From Chiloscyllium plagiosum (lineage: Eukaryota), in assembly GCF_004010195.1 (NCBI RefSeq), contig NC_057719.1:89203484-89245013 (forward strand): DNA of 41,530 nucleotides, in the 5' to 3' direction. This document shows positions 1 through 13,653 of the stretch, piece by piece. A program made the position numbers and the translations under genes. The notes below the pieces were generated by a model. That model ran no database searches and was not told the DNA's origin. It worked only from the letters and a program-made list of their open reading frames with translations. Position 1 is the first letter of the stretch; each line of letters opens with the position of its first letter.

Positions 1-205
1 GTACTCTATGCCACTCTCTCCCCACCCCTACCCTCCTCTAGCTTATCTCTCCATGCTTCAGGCTCTCTGCCTTTATTCCTGATGAAGGGCTTTTGCCCGA
101 AACGTCGATTTTGCCTGTCCTCGGATGCTGCCTGAATTGCTGTGCTCTTCCAGCACCACTAATCCAGAATCTGGTTTCCAGCATCTGCAGTCATTGTTTT
201 TACCG
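1..205 (+). mobile_element. Penelope-like element 3' end / pseudo-LTR (family A) with hammerhead core
   Basis: Nearly identical to the tail following the PLE RT/GIY-YIG ORF at ~32055-32220; contains CTGATGA-agggcttttgccc-GAAACGTC at 79-106. Confidence 0.8.
79..106 (+). ncRNA. Minimal hammerhead ribozyme motif
   Basis: CUGAUGA core, stem II GGGC-UUUU-GCCC, GAAA, palindromic ACGU stem III, GUC cleavage triplet. Confidence 0.7.
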
Positions 206-573
206 CGGTCCAAAACCTGTTGATCTTCCAGCTGAAGGAGTTGACCCCAACTGAGTGCTGCAGACTGGCACATTCCAAGGTCCAGGACCACGTGTTGAGG
301 GACGCACTGAAGTTTGGGGCAGCTGCCGCCAAGGCGCAGTGGGGAAAGACCACCATGTAACATCTGCCTGCCTAAGAAGAACAGGGGGCCCACGCAGTAA
401 TTTGGGCTCTGCTGACGCCTCAGCTAAATATGTAATCGTACAGACCTGTATATATGAATGATTACTCTGTCTCTGTATACCAAGAAATGGAATGTTTACG
501 GGTGTATGGCATGACCAATTGTACAGATCATCAAAATATTTTATGAATAAAGTATATTCTTGAAATAAAAAAA
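206..573 (+). mobile_element. Tx1/L1-clade LINE 3' fragment
   Basis: Manual translation QNLLIFQLKELTPTECCRLAHSKVQDHVLRDALKFGAAAAKAQWGKTTM* resembles a Tx1-type ORF2 C-terminus; followed by AATAAA and an A-rich tail at ~545-573. Confidence 0.6.
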
Positions 574-800
574 GTGCAGAAAAGATTTATGAGAGTGCTG
601 CCTGGGCTGGATGGTTTGTGTTGTAAGGAGTGGTTGGATAGTCTGGGACTTTTTTCTCTGCAGCATAGGAGACTGTGGGGTGATCTAACACGAATATATA
701 AAATCATGAGGGGCATATATAGGGTAGATACTTTCCCCACGGTTGGGAAGTCTAAAACGAGAAGGGATAGGTTTAGGGTGAGAGAGGAGAAACACCAGAG
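574..800 (+). mobile_element. CR1 LINE ORF2 C-terminal fragment
   Basis: QKRFMRVLPGL...LGLFSLQHRRLWGDLTRIYKIMRG matches the CR1 'LGLFSLE.RRLRGDL' motif. Confidence 0.85.
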
Positions 801-804
801 GGGA

Positions 805-1135
805 AAGTTACGGACTGGAATCTAATTGAGGAGTTCAGAGTGGTTTATATATGCAGTAACAGATCTCCGGTCCTCAGTAACAGACTGCAATATGATAGAG
901 AGGTTCCGGTTAGTTCTAATAGAGAGGTTCACATATATATATGTAGAATAACAAATCCCTGGGAGCGTCTTACAGAGGGTTATTCGGTAGTTTATACACA
1001 AGATAACAGATGCCCGTGAGTGAGTTACAGACTGGAATCTAATTAAGGATTCAGGGTGGTTTACATTGCAGAACAACAGACAGACTGGAATCTAATTGAG
1101 GGGTTTGATGTGATTTGTATACTGAACAATACATA
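805..1135 (+). repeat. ~70-bp satellite, degenerate units
   Basis: Recurrent gttacagactggaatctaat...gtggtttatatatagaataacagatac. Confidence 0.85.
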
Positions 1136-1203
1136 CAGGGTTCTGGATAAGTGGTGCTGGAAGAGCACAGCAGTTCAGGCAGCATTCAAGGAGCTTCGAA
1201 ATT

Positions 1204-1231
1204 GACGTTTCGGGCAAAAGCCCTTCATCAG
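1204..1231 (-). ncRNA. Minimal hammerhead ribozyme motif
   Basis: Reverse complement reads CTGATGAAGGGCTTTTGCCCGAAACGTC. Confidence 0.7.
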
Positions 1232-1304
1232 GAATAAAGGCAGTGAGCCTGGAGCGTGGAGAGATAAGCTAGAGGAGGATGGGGGTGGGGAGAAAGTAGC
1301 ATAG

Positions 1305-2199
1305 NNNNNNNNNNNNNNNNNNNNNNNNNNNNNNNNNNNNNNNNNNNNNNNNNNNNNNNNNNNNNNNNNNNNNNNNNNNNNNNNNNNNNNNNNNNNNNNN
1401 NNNNNNNNNNNNNNNNNNNNNNNNNNNNNNNNNNNNNNNNNNNNNNNNNNNNNNNNNNNNNNNNNNNNNNNNNNNNNNNNNNNNNNNNNNNNNNNNNNNN
1501 NNNNNNNNNNNNNNNNNNNNNNNNNNNNNNNNNNNNNNNNNNNNNNNNNNNNNNNNNNNNNNNNNNNNNNNNNNNNNNNNNNNNNNNNNNNNNNNNNNNN
1601 NNNNNNNNNNNNNNNNNNNNNNNNNNNNNNNNNNNNNNNNNNNNNNNNNNNNNNNNNNNNNNNNNNNNNNNNNNNNNNNNNNNNNNNNNNNNNNNNNNNN
1701 NNNNNNNNNNNNNNNNNNNNNNNNNNNNNNNNNNNNNNNNNNNNNNNNNNNNNNNNNNNNNNNNNNNNNNNNNNNNNNNNNNNNNNNNNNNNNNNNNNNN
1801 NNNNNNNNNNNNNNNNNNNNNNNNNNNNNNNNNNNNNNNNNNNNNNNNNNNNNNNNNNNNNNNNNNNNNNNNNNNNNNNNNNNNNNNNNNNNNNNNNNNN
1901 NNNNNNNNNNNNNNNNNNNNNNNNNNNNNNNNNNNNNNNNNNNNNNNNNNNNNNNNNNNNNNNNNNNNNNNNNNNNNNNNNNNNNNNNNNNNNNNNNNNN
2001 NNNNNNNNNNNNNNNNNNNNNNNNNNNNNNNNNNNNNNNNNNNNNNNNNNNNNNNNNNNNNNNNNNNNNNNNNNNNNNNNNNNNNNNNNNNNNNNNNNNN
2101 NNNNNNNNNNNNNNNNNNNNNNNNNNNNNNNNNNNNNNNNNNNNNNNNNNNNNNNNNNNNNNNNNNNNNNNNNNNNNNNNNNNNNNNNNNNNNNNNNNN
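1305..2199. other. Assembly gap
   Basis: Run of N. Confidence 1.
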
Positions 2200-2689
2200 A
2201 GGTGTCGGAGATGGTCCAGGTAAATTTAAGGTCAGGGTGGAATGTGTTGGTGAAGTTGATGAATTGCTCAACCTCCTCGCGGGAGCACGAGGTGGCGCCA
2301 ATGCAGTCATCAATGTTGCGGAGGAAGAGGTGGGGAGTGGTGCCGGTGTAATTACGGAGGATCAACTGCTCTACGTAGCCAACAAAGAGACAGGCATAGC
2401 TGGGGCCCATACGTGTGCCCATGGCTACCCCTTTGGTCTGGAGGAAGTGGGAGGATTCAAAGGAGAGATTGTTAAGGGTGAGGACCAGTTCGGTCAAACG
2501 AATGAGTGTGTCGGTGGAGGGGTACTGTTGGGGACGTCAGGAGAGGAAAAAACGGAGGGCTTGGAGGCCCTGGTCATGGCGGATGGAGGTGTAGAGGGAT
2601 TGGATATCCATGGTGAAGATGAGGCATTGGGGGCCGGGGAAACGGAAGTCTTGGAGGAGGTGGAGGGCGTGGGTGGAGGGTAGTGAGGT

Positions 2690-5600
2690 ACACATTGATT
2701 TCTAACTGAGTTCTTCGGGGTGGTTTATATATCGAATGATAGATACCCAGGAGTCAGTTACAGACTGGAAACTAACAGAGGATTTCAGGTTAGTATATAA
2801 ATAGAATAACAGATACCCAGGAGTGAAGTACAGACTGGAATCTAATTGAGCTTTTCAGAGTGGCTCACACATAGAATAACAGATACCCGGGAGTCAGTTC
2901 CAAAACTGGAATGTAATTAAGAGTTTCGGGATTGTTTGTATAGAGAATACCAGATTTCCAGGATTAAGTTACTGACTGGAATCAATACGAGGATTTTGTG
3001 GTGTTTTATATAAAGAACAACACATGCCCAGAATGGAGTTACAGACTGGAATCGAATCGAGGGATTCGGGTGGTTTATGTACAGATCAAAATTTACTCGA
3101 GAGGGATTCCATGTGGCTTTTATATAGAATAAAAGATCCCCCGGACTGAGTTACAGACTGGACTCTAATCGAGGGGTTCAGGTTTACATCCAGAATAACA
3201 GATTCCCGGGAGTAAATTACAGACAGGAACCAAACCCGACTGGTTCGGTGTGGTTTATGTATAGAATAACAGATAACCCAGAGTGAGTAACAGCCTGGAC
3301 TCTATTGAGCAGTTTGATGTGGTTTATATACAGAAAAAGAGATGTCTGTCAGAGAGCTGAAGACTGGAATCTAATCTAGAAGGATCGTGGTGGTTTATGA
3401 ACACAACAACACATACCCAGGAGTAAGTTACAGATTAGAATCTAACCAAGGCGTTTGGCACGGTTTATATGTTGAATAATCAATACTGCGGACTGAGTTT
3501 CAGACTGTAATCTAATCAAGGGGTTCGGAGTGGTTTATGCATAGAATAACGGATACCCAAGAGGGAGTTACAGACTGTAATCTAATTGAGCGATTTTCAT
3601 ACAGAAATACCCAGTCGTCAGTTACATACTCGAATCTAATTCAGTTTGCAGTGGATTATGAACAGAACAACAGATGCCTGCTAGTAATCTAATCGAGGTG
3701 TCCAGGGTGGTATACTTGTAGAATAACAGATATCAGGGAGTGAGTTTCAAACTGGAATCTAAGCGAGGGATTTGGGGTAGGTTATTCTATAATAACAGAC
3801 ACCGGGCACAGCATTACAGATTGGAATCTAACAGAGAAGCTCAGGGTGGTATTTATAGAATAACAGATAATAGTGAGTGAGTTGCAGACTGGAATCTAAT
3901 CGAGGGGTTTGGGGTGGTTTACTTATAGTGTAACAGATACCCGGGAGGGAGTTACAGTCTGGAGTCTAGTTGAACGATTCCCAGGAGTGAATTGCAAACA
4001 GGAATCAAATCAAGGGGTTTGGTGTGGTTTATGTGTAGAATAACAGATATCCAGGAGGGAGTTACAGATTGGAAACTTATCACAGGGTATGGTGTGGTTT
4101 ATATACAGAACAATAGACACCCTGAAGTGAGTAACAGAATGGAATATAATTGAGTGATTCGATGTGGTTTATATACAGATCAAAAGATATCTGGCAGAGT
4201 GTTGCAGACTGGGTTCTGGGTGGTTTATGTGCAGACTAACAGATACCCGGGAGAAAGTTACAAACTAGGATCTAATCAAGGGTTTTGGGATTGTTTAAAA
4301 GTTGAATAACAAATACTGCGGAGTGTGTTTCAAACTAGAATCTAATCGAGGAGTTTGTGGTGGTTTATATATGGAATAACAGATACACGGGAGGGAGTTA
4401 CAGAGTGTAATCTAACTGAGTGATTCAATGTGGTTTACATATGGAAAAACAGATACCCTGCAGTCAGGTGCAGACTGGAATCTAATTCAGGGGTTTGTAA
4501 TTGTTTATGAACATAACAACAGATGACTGGTAGTAAGTTACAGAGTAGAATCTAATTGAGGTGTTCAGGATGGTATATATGTCGATGGTAGATATTGGGG
4601 AGTGAGTTTCAAACTGGAATCTAATCGAGGATTCAATGGGGATTGTTTTTATAGAATAACATTCCAGGCAGAGAATTACAGACTGGAATCTAATAGAGTG
4701 GTGCAGCATGGTATTTGAATGTAGAATAACAGGTACCCAAGAATGAGTTGCAGAGTAGAATTTAATCAAGGTGTTCGGGGTGGTATATATGTAGAATAAC
4801 AGATATGGGGGAGTGAGTTTCAAATTGGAATCTAAGCAAGGTGTTCAGTGTGAGTTATGTGTAGAATAAGTGACACCAAGCAGAGAGTTACAGACTGGAA
4901 TCTAATAGACTGGTATTTATATATGGAATAACAGATACTACGAGTGAGTTACATACTGGAGTCGAATTGAGGGTCTCAGGGTGGTTTATATGTAGATTAA
5001 CAGATACCCAGGAGGGAGTTACAGACTGTAATCTAATTGAGTGGTTCAATGTGGTTTATATACAGAAAATCAGACAGCTGGCAGTGAGTTTCAAACCGGA
5101 ATCTATTCAAGGGGTTTGGGGTGGGTTATGTATAGAATAACAGATACCAGACAGAGTTACAGACTAGAATCTAATAGAGTGGTTCAGGATCATATTTATG
5201 AATAGAATAACGGATACCCAGGAATGAGTTACAGACTGTAATCTAATCGAGGGGCTTGACGTGGTTTAATACAGAACATCAGATAACCAGCAATGACTTT
5301 CAAACTGGAATCTAATCGATAGGTTCGGGGTGGTATATGTTTAGAATAAAAGTCCTAGGGAGGGACTTGCAGTCTGGAATCAAATTGAGGAGTTCCAGGT
5401 GATTTATATATATAGAATAAGAGATTCCCCACAGTGAGTTACAGACTAGAATCTAATCCAGGGGTTCAGGTGGTATATGTATAAAGAATAACACATACCT
5501 GGAAGTGAGTTACTGACTGGAATCTAATAGAAGGGTTGACGGTGGTATTTATATATAGAATAACACATCCCCAGGACTGAATTACAGACGGGAATATAAT

Positions 5601-5830
5601 CTAGGGTCTCAGGGTAACTTGTATAGAAATACACATACCCGGAGGAGAGTTACAGACTGGAATCTAATTGAGGGGTTTGGTGCGGTTTATCTATAAAATA
5701 ACAGATCCCTTAGAGTGAGTTACAGATTGTAATCTAATGTAGAGAAGTTCGGGGTTGTTTAAATAGAGAATAACAGGAACCCAAGAGTGTAAACCCGAGA
5801 GTTTGGTGTGATACAATATAGAATGAGGAA
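2690..5830 (+). repeat. ~70-bp tandem satellite array
   Basis: Consensus approx GAGTGAGTTACAGACTGGAATCTAATCGAGGGGTTCGGGGTGGTTTATATATAGAATAACAGATACCCGG; cagactggaa recurs at 2761, 2831, ~2901 and onward. Confidence 0.95.
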
Positions 5831-5852
5831 TGAGGAATGGTTGAGAGTGAAT

Positions 5853-6840
5853 TACAGAGCAGTAGATGTGATCTATATGGACTTCAGTCAGGCGTTCGAC
5901 AAGGTTCCCCATGGGAGACTGATTAGCAAGGTTAGATCTCATGAAATACAGGGAGAACTAGCCATTTGGATACAGAACTGGCTTAAAGGTGGTGGTGGAG
6001 GGTTGTTTTTCAGACTGGAGGCCTGTGAGCAGTGGAGTGCCACAAGGATCAGTGCTAGGCCTTCTACGTTTTGTCATTTACATAAATGATTTGGATGCGA
6101 GCATAANNNNNNNNNNNNNNNNNNNNNNNNNNNNNNNNNNNNNNNNNNNNNNNNNNNNNNNNNNNNNNNNNNNNNNNNNNNNNCAGGTAGATAGGATAGT
6201 GAAGGAGGTGTTTGGTATGCTTTCCTTTATTGGTCAGAGTATTGAGTACAGGAGTTGGGAGGTCATGTTGCAGCTGTACAGGACATTGGTTAGGCCACTG
6301 TTGGAATATTTCGTGCAATTCTGGTCTCCTTCCTATCGGAAAGATGTTGTTAAACTTGAAAGGGTTCAGAAAAGATTTACAAGGATGTTGCCTTGTAACA
6401 AGGTTGGAGGATCTGAGCTACAGGGAGAGGATGAACAGGCTGGGGCTGTTTTCTCTGGAGCATCGGAGGCTGAGGGGTGACCTTATAGAGGTTTACAAAA
6501 TTATGAGGGGCATGGATAGGATAAATAGACAAAGCCTTTTCCCTGGGATCAGGGAGTCCAGAACTAGAGGGTGAGAGGGGAAAGATATAAAAGAGACCTA
6601 AGGGGCAACTTTTTCACGCAGAGGGTAGTACATGTATGGAATGAGCTGTCAGAGGATGTGGTGGAGGCTGGTACAATTGCAACATTTAAGAGGCCTTTTG
6701 ATGGGTATAAGAATAGGAAGGGTTTGGAGAGATATGGGCCGGGTGCTGGCAGGTGGGAGTGGATTGGGTTGGGATATCTGTTCGGCATGGACGGGTTGGA
6801 CCGAAGGGTCTGTTTCCATGCTGTACATCTCTATGACTCT
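5853..6840 (+). mobile_element. CR1 LINE 3' part (RT to tail), with gap 6107-6183
   Basis: [46 protein letters not shown]; tail ctctatgactct. Confidence 0.9.
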
Positions 6841-6841
6841 A

Positions 6842-7002
6842 CAGAGGAATGTCGATTATCTGAATTTAGGATTCTCTGAATAAGATCACAAGGTCCCAAT
6901 GCTTGGCTAAATGGTATTATCTGGCATTCGATTATCTTAACTTTCAATTATCCGGACAAAGTACTTCCTACCATTGTTATTTGGATAATCAAGGTTCCAC
7001 TA
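6842..7002. mobile_element. Tigger/pogo-like MITE (~160 bp)
   Basis: Imperfect TIRs cagaggaatgtcgattatctgaa / ttggataatcaaggttccacta, flanked by TA. Confidence 0.6.
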
Positions 7003-7990
7003 TATATATAGAATGATAGATACCTGGGAGGCAGTTACAGACTGGAAACTAATGAAGTGTTTCAGGTTGGTTTATATATAGAATAACAGATACGTGGGAA
7101 GGAGTGACAGACTGAAATCTAATCGAGGTTTTCAGTGTGGTTTATGTACAGAACAACAGATACCCGCGAGTGAGTTGCAGACTGGAATCTAATCAATGGG
7201 TTAGGGGTGGTTTATGTACAGAGCAACAGGTACCAGGGAGTGAGTTTCAAACTGGAATCTAATCAAGGGGCTTGGGGTGGTTTATATATAGAATAACAGA
7301 TTGCCCAGAATGAGTTACAGACTAGAATCTCATCGAGGGGTTCGGGGTGGTTTACAACCAGAATAACACATTCCCGGGAGTGAGGTACAGACTGAATCTA
7401 ATCGAGGGGTTCAGTATGGTTTATATACAGAATAACAGATACCCCAGAGTGAGTAACAGACTGGAATCAAATTGAGCGGTTCGATGTGGCTTATATACAG
7501 GACAAGAGATATCCGGCAGAGAGCTGCAGATTGGAATCTAATCGAGGGGTTTGGTGTGGTTTATGTGCAAAACAACAGATAACTGGGAGTAAGTTACAGA
7601 CTAGAATCTAATCAAGGGGTTTGGGAATGTTTATATGTTGAATAACCGATATAGAAGAGTTGAGTTTCAGACTGGAATCTAATTGAGGAGTTTGGTGTGG
7701 TTTATATACAGAATAACAGATACCTAGGAGGGAGTTACAGGCTGGAATCTAATTCAGGGGTTGGGGTGGTTTATGTATAGAACAACAGATACTGGAGAGT
7801 GAGTTTCTAACTGGAATGTAATCAAAGGGTTTGGTGTGGTTTATGTATAGAATAACAGATAACCGGGGGTGGGGGGGGGGGTGGGGGGGCTGGGGGGTGG
7901 AGTTACTGACTGCAATCTAATCAATGGTTTCAGGGTTGTATAGTCAGTTACAGACTGGAATCGAATCGAGGGGCTCGGGGTAGTATGACG
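7003..7990 (+). repeat. ~70-bp satellite array (forward), with a G-rich run at ~7865-7900
   Basis: Same unit as 2690-5830. Confidence 0.95.
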
Positions 7991-8008
7991 AACAAGGTTA
8001 TGAAGCCA

Positions 8009-8104
8009 TACAGTCATAGAGATGTACAGCACAGAAACAGACCTTTCAGTCCAACTTGTCTGTGCCAACCAATTATCCTAACCTAATCTAGTCCCATTTA
8101 CCAG
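8009..8104 (-). mobile_element. CR1 3' terminal fragment at the satellite polarity switch
   Basis: gtcatagagatgtacagcacagaaacagacc is the reverse complement of the CR1 tail seen at ~6805-6840. Confidence 0.8.
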
Positions 8105-9091
8105 TATCCCTCGATCAGATTCCAGTCTGTAACTCCCTCCTGGACATATTTTGTTCTTTCACTCCAAAACCCTCAAATAGATTCCAGTCTGTAACTCCAT
8201 TCTGCAATCTGTTATTCCATATACAATACACCCAAACCCCTCGATTACATTCCAGTTTTGGAACTGACTCCTGAATATCTGTTAATCTATATATGAACCA
8301 CCCTGAAAACCTCGACTAGATTCCAGTTTATACCATACCCCTGGGTATCTGTTATTCTGTGTATAAACCATCCGGAATCCCTCCATTAGATTCTAGTCTG
8401 TAATTTATTCCTGGGTTTCTGTTGTTCTGTACATCAACCAGCCCGAACCGCTCGATTAGATTACAGTCTGTAACTGACTGCCGAGTATCTCTTGTTACAT
8501 ATATAAATCACATTGAATCGCTCAATTAGATTTCAGTCTGTAACTCACTCCCAGATATCTGTTGTTGTATACATAATCAATACCAAACTCCTTGATTCGA
8601 TTCCAGTCTATAAGTCCCCCCCAGATAAGTTTTGTTTTATATATAAACCTCACCAAATCCCTCGATTAAATTCCATTCTGTAACTCCCTCCTGGACATAT
8701 ATTGTTGCTTATATGAACAACATCAAAACCCTTGGATGGATTCCAGTCAGTAACCCCATCCTAGGAATCTGTTATTCTATATATAAACCACCCCTGACCC
8801 CTCAATTACATTCCAGTCTGAAACTGACTCCTAGAGATCTGTTAATCTATATTATAAACCCCCCCCCCAAAACCTTCAAACTAGATTCCAGTCTGTATCT
8901 TATTCCCAGGTATCTGTTGTGCTGTATATAAACCACACTGACCCTCTCAATTGGATTCCAATCTGTAACCACTCATGGGTAACTGTTATTCTACCACATC
9001 AACCCTTTAAGTTATATTCCAGTATCTAACTCATTCCAGGGTATTTGTTATTCTCAATGTAAACCACCTCGGATTCCTCTATATTCAACTC

Positions 9092-10160
9092 TAATCTTAT
9101 ATGTTGCAGGCAAGGATGCCCGGAGGTGTGGTACATTGGGGAAACTGAGCAAAGGCTACGACAACGGATGATTGGACACTGCACAACAGTCAACAGACAG
9201 GGGGTTCCCTCCCAGTTGGGGAACACTTCAGCAGTCCAGGACATTCAACCTCGGACCTTCGGGTGACCATCCTCCAAGGTGGACTTCGGGACAGGCAGCA
9301 GAGGAAAGTGGCCGAGCAGAGGCTGATAGCTAAGTTTGGTACCTATAGGGAGGGACCTTGGGTTCATGTCACATTACAGGTGACCACTATTGCACTATAC
9401 ACACACACAGATACTCCCACACGCACACACACAGGCACTCCTATACACACATACACACAGACGTGCACACAGATACCCACACACACTCCCACACTCACAC
9501 ATGCACCCCCTTACAGACTTAAGACACTCTGCACTCACTACACACACACACATACACTTTCTCACACTCACAACCCCCAACCCAGACAGACACACACAGA
9601 CAGACACACAAACACCCACATGCACACATATATTTTGTGGGGTGAATTTGTACTTTCAGGGTTACATTGTACTTTGCTCAAAAACTGCATGCATTCATGT
9701 AGAACTCTGAGCTCAAAAACTGCATGAATTTATGTAAAACTTCGTTATCTCACTTTTTCGATTAGAATCAATCTAAACATCATGGCATAGACAGAGAACA
9801 CAGGGGGCCAACACCTTCAACATATTGTCTAGCTATCACCATTGTTAACAGCTAACCCGAGAATGCAACTTTTTTAAAAAAAGGTTTTGTGATTTACACA
9901 TAAAAGTGAAACTATCACTGTATTCTAACAGATGAAAGGCTTAACAGACATTAAATTTTTCAATGTATAATTTCAGTTACATCACACTGTAAATTTTTGC
10001 TATAAATTCTGTGTTACGATCGAGCCCTCCAATATCACCTGATGAAGGAGCATCGCTCCGAAAGCTAGTGTGCTTCCAATTAAACCTGTTGGACTATAAC
10101 CTGGTGTTGTGTGATTTTTAACTTTGTACACCCCATTCCAACACCGGCATCTCCAAATCA
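9092..10160 (+). mobile_element. 5'-truncated Penelope-like element (family B): GIY-YIG fragment, CA-rich spacer, hammerhead tail
   Basis: CCRQGCPEVWYIGETEQRLRQRMIGH; 12-bp direct repeat tatattcaactc at 9080-9091 and 10161-10172. Confidence 0.85.
10036..10070 (+). ncRNA. Minimal hammerhead ribozyme motif (family B)
   Basis: CAC-CUGAUGA-a-GGAGC-auc-GCUCC-GAAA-GCUA-GUG: stem I CAC/GUG, 5-bp stem II, palindromic AGCU stem III, CUA triplet. Confidence 0.72.
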
Positions 10161-13064
10161 TATATTCAACTCCACTCTATAACTTAGTCCTAGGGACCAA
10201 TTATTCTATATTTGAACCACATCAAATCCCTCATTTGGATTCCAGTCCGTAACTCCCTCCTGGGTATCTGTTAAAAAAATAAATCCTTGATTAGATTCCA
10301 GTCTCTAAGTCTCTATAGGGTATCTTTTATTCTGTATATAAACCATCATGAATCCCTCTATATTAGATTCCAGTCTGTAACTCACTCCAAGGGTTCTGTT
10401 ATTCCATACATGAACCACACCAAATGCCTCATTTAGATTCCAGTCTGTAACACCCTCCCAGGTATCTGTTATTTGACATACAAACCACTCCGAGCCCCTT
10501 GATTAGATTCCAGTCGGTAACTCACTGCCGGAGATGTGTTATCTGTATACAAACCACCCTAAACGCTTCGATTAGATTCTAGTCTGTAACTTACTCCCGG
10601 GTATTTGTGGTTCTGTTCATAAACCACCACAAACCCCCTCAATTACCTTCCAGTCTGTAACTCCCTCCCGGTTATTTGTTCGTCTATATACGAACCTGAA
10701 CCCATGATTAGATTCCGGTCTATAACTCTCTCCTGGGTAATTATTATTTTACACGTGAACAATCCTGATCCAATTGATTAGATTCTAATCTATTCCCAGG
10801 TATCTGTTGTTCTGTTCATAAACTACCCTGAATCAATCGATTAGATTCCAGTCTGTAACTCTCTGCTAGGTATTTGTTGTTCAGTATATAAACCGCATTG
10901 AACCACTCAATTAGATCCCACACGTTACTCATTCCGGGGTATCTGTTGTTCAGTTTGTAAACCACCCCGAACCACTGTACCAGATTCCAGTCTGTAACTC
11001 TTTCCCGGGTATTTATTATTGTATGTATAAAACACCGCGATGTGTTTTATCTGATCCGATTCCAGCCTAGAACTCACTCCCAGGTAGCTGTTATTCTTGA
11101 TATGATCCATCCTGAACCGCCCCACCCCCGACTTCAGTCTGTAACTCACTATGGGGAATCTGTTGTTCTATACATAAACCACCCAAAACCCCTCGATTAG
11201 ATTCCAGTCTGTAACTCATTCTGGGCAATCTGTCGTTCTATATATAAATGACATGGAACCCCTCGATTAGCTTCCAGTATTTCACTCATTCTGGTATTCT
11301 GTATATAAGCCACCCCGAGCCCTCAGATTAGATTCCAGTCTGTAACTCGCTTCTGGGCATGTGTTTGCTCTTTATATAAACCACCCCAAAAGCCTTGAAT
11401 GGATTCCAGTCTGTAACCCCATCCTGGGGATCTGTTATTCTACATATAAAACACACCAAACCCCTCGATTAGATTCCAGTCTGTACCTCACTCCCGTGTG
11501 TCTCTTATTCTATATATAAACCACTCTGTACTCCTCGATTAGATTCTAGTCTGTAACTTATTCCCGGGTAAAGGTTGTTCTGTACATAAACACCCGTAAC
11601 CCTTCGATTAGATTCCAGTCTGTGACTCACTCCCGTGTACCTCTTCTTCTACACCTAAACCACTCCAATCCCCCCGATTAGATTCCAGTCTGTAAGTCAC
11701 TCTCCAGTATCTGTTATTCTGTATATAAACCACCTCAAACACCTCGATTAGATTCCAGTCTGTAACTTGCCTGCCATTCTCTATGTAAACCACCCCAAAC
11801 TCCTCTATATTGGATTCCAGTCTGTAACTCACTACAAAGGGATCTGTTATTCTATATATAAACCACACCAAAATCCTCGATTAAATTCCAGTCTGTAACC
11901 TTCTCCTGGTTTACTGTTCTATATGTAAACCATCCCAAATCCCTCGATTAGATTCCAGTCTGTACCTCATTCCCGTGTGTCTCTTATTCTATATATAAAC
12001 CACCCGAACCTCTTGATTAGTTTCCAGTCTGTACCTCACTATCCTGTATCTGTTATTCTATATATAATCCACCCCAAGCTCCTCGATTAGATTCTAGTCT
12101 GCAACTTATTCCCAGGTATCTGTTGTTCTGTACATAAACCACTCCTAACTCTTCAATTAGATTCCAGTCTGTGACTCTACATCTAAACCTCTCCAGTCCT
12201 CCCGATTAGATTCTAGTCTGTAAGTCACTGTCCAGTATCTCTTACTCTATATAAACCACTCCAGACTCTTCGATTATATTCCAGTCTGTAATTCACTCCT
12301 GGCGATAAGTCATTCTGTATTATACCACCCAGAAACCCCTCAATTAGATTCCAGTCTGTAACTCACTACAAAGAGTACTGTTATTCTATATATAAACTAC
12401 ACCAAACCCCTCAATTAAATTCCAGTCTGTAACTCCCGCCTGGGTTATCGCTTGTTTTGTATCTAAACCACTCCAAAATCCTTGATTAGATTCCAGTCTG
12501 TAACTCTCACCTAGGTATCTATTATTTTATGTATAAACCAACCGGAACTCCTTGATGATATTCCCGTCCATTATTGACTACCAGGGATCTGTTATTGCAG
12601 ATATTAACCACCCCAAACCCCTCTATTAGATTCCAGTCTGTAACTCACTCCCGGGTATCTGTTATTAAGATTCCCGAAACCCTTGATTGGATTCCAGTTT
12701 GTAACTTACTCCCTGGTATCTTGCTCTGTTCATAAACCACCACAAACCCATCAATTTGATTCCAGTCTGTAATTCCCTCCCAGAAATCGTACTCTATATA
12801 TAAACCACCCCGAGCCTCTCGATTAGATTTCAGTCTGTAACTCCCTCCACAAACCTCTCAATTTGATTCCAGTCTGTAATTCCCCCCCTCTGTTATTCTA
12901 TACATAAACCACCCCAAACCCCCTTGATTAGATTCCAGCTTGAATCTCACTCCCCTGTATCTGTTGTTCTACATATAAACCACCCTGAGCCCCTCGATTA
13001 GATTCTAGATGTAAGTTACTCCCAGACATCTGTTCTCTTCATAATCGACCACGAGCCCCTTGTA

Positions 13065-13330
13065 TAACATAGAACATAGAACAGTACAGCACATTACAGG
13101 TCCTTCGGCCCATGATGTTGTTTCAAGCATTTATATTAATCTAAGATCAACCTAATCTACACACCTCTCAATTTACTCAAATGCTTGTCCATGAGTCGCT
13201 TAAATGTCGCTATTGTCTTTGAATCTACTACCACCGCTGGCAGTGCCTTCCAGGTACCCACCACTTTCTGTGTAAAGAACTTACCTCTGACATCTCCCCT
13301 ATACCTTCCTCCAATCACCTTACAATAATT
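13065..13330 (-). mobile_element. CR1 LINE 3' fragment
   Basis: aacatagaacatagaac tail; reverse strand resembles the CR1 terminal GKFFTQKVVGTW region. Confidence 0.8.
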
Positions 13331-13653
13331 TTCCTCACTGTCTCATGTCAATACCTGGTAAAATCTGGGAACACAGCATTTGTCCACCTAACTGTTGACT
13401 GAAGGAACGGATTAATTTCCTTAGATTTGTCCTCTTTCCATTTTACTTTGCAAACTATCTCTACTGAGTTGCTGCTTCAATCTAAGACTGTCCTGATCTG
13501 GTGTCATTTGGAACTCCAAATATCCTTCTGTTCTTTCCGGACTGTTGGTCATTGTGTGAGTGCCTGTCTGTTTCTCTCCCATCTTTCAGAACACATGTAA
13601 ACCTCCAGACACAACTGTTGAATCCTGTGTGGCTAGGCTCATTTTTGAGTTGG

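Larger units (their letters stand above)
1140..2678 (-). mobile_element. Penelope-like element (family A) spanning an assembly gap: RT core and 3' pseudo-LTR
   Basis: RT motifs FLQTKGVAMGTRMGPSYACLFVG and FLRNIDD (YIDD degenerate) at 2200-2500; hammerhead-bearing tail at 1140-1304. Confidence 0.85.
8105..13060 (-). repeat. ~70-bp satellite array (reverse), interrupted by a PLE at 9092-10160
   Basis: Recurrent ctcgattagattccagtctgtaactcactcc, the reverse complement of the unit. Confidence 0.95.

Noticed and set aside
1175..2497. 440-aa and 361-aa ORFs
   Set aside because: Their length comes from translating through the N gap
9263..9727. His/Thr-rich ORFs
   Set aside because: Translation of a degenerate (CA)n tract in the PLE
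2690..13060. Regularly spaced conserved motif resembling a CRISPR array
   Set aside because: The whole 70-bp unit is repeated, with no unique spacers and no cas genes, in a eukaryotic context: a satellite
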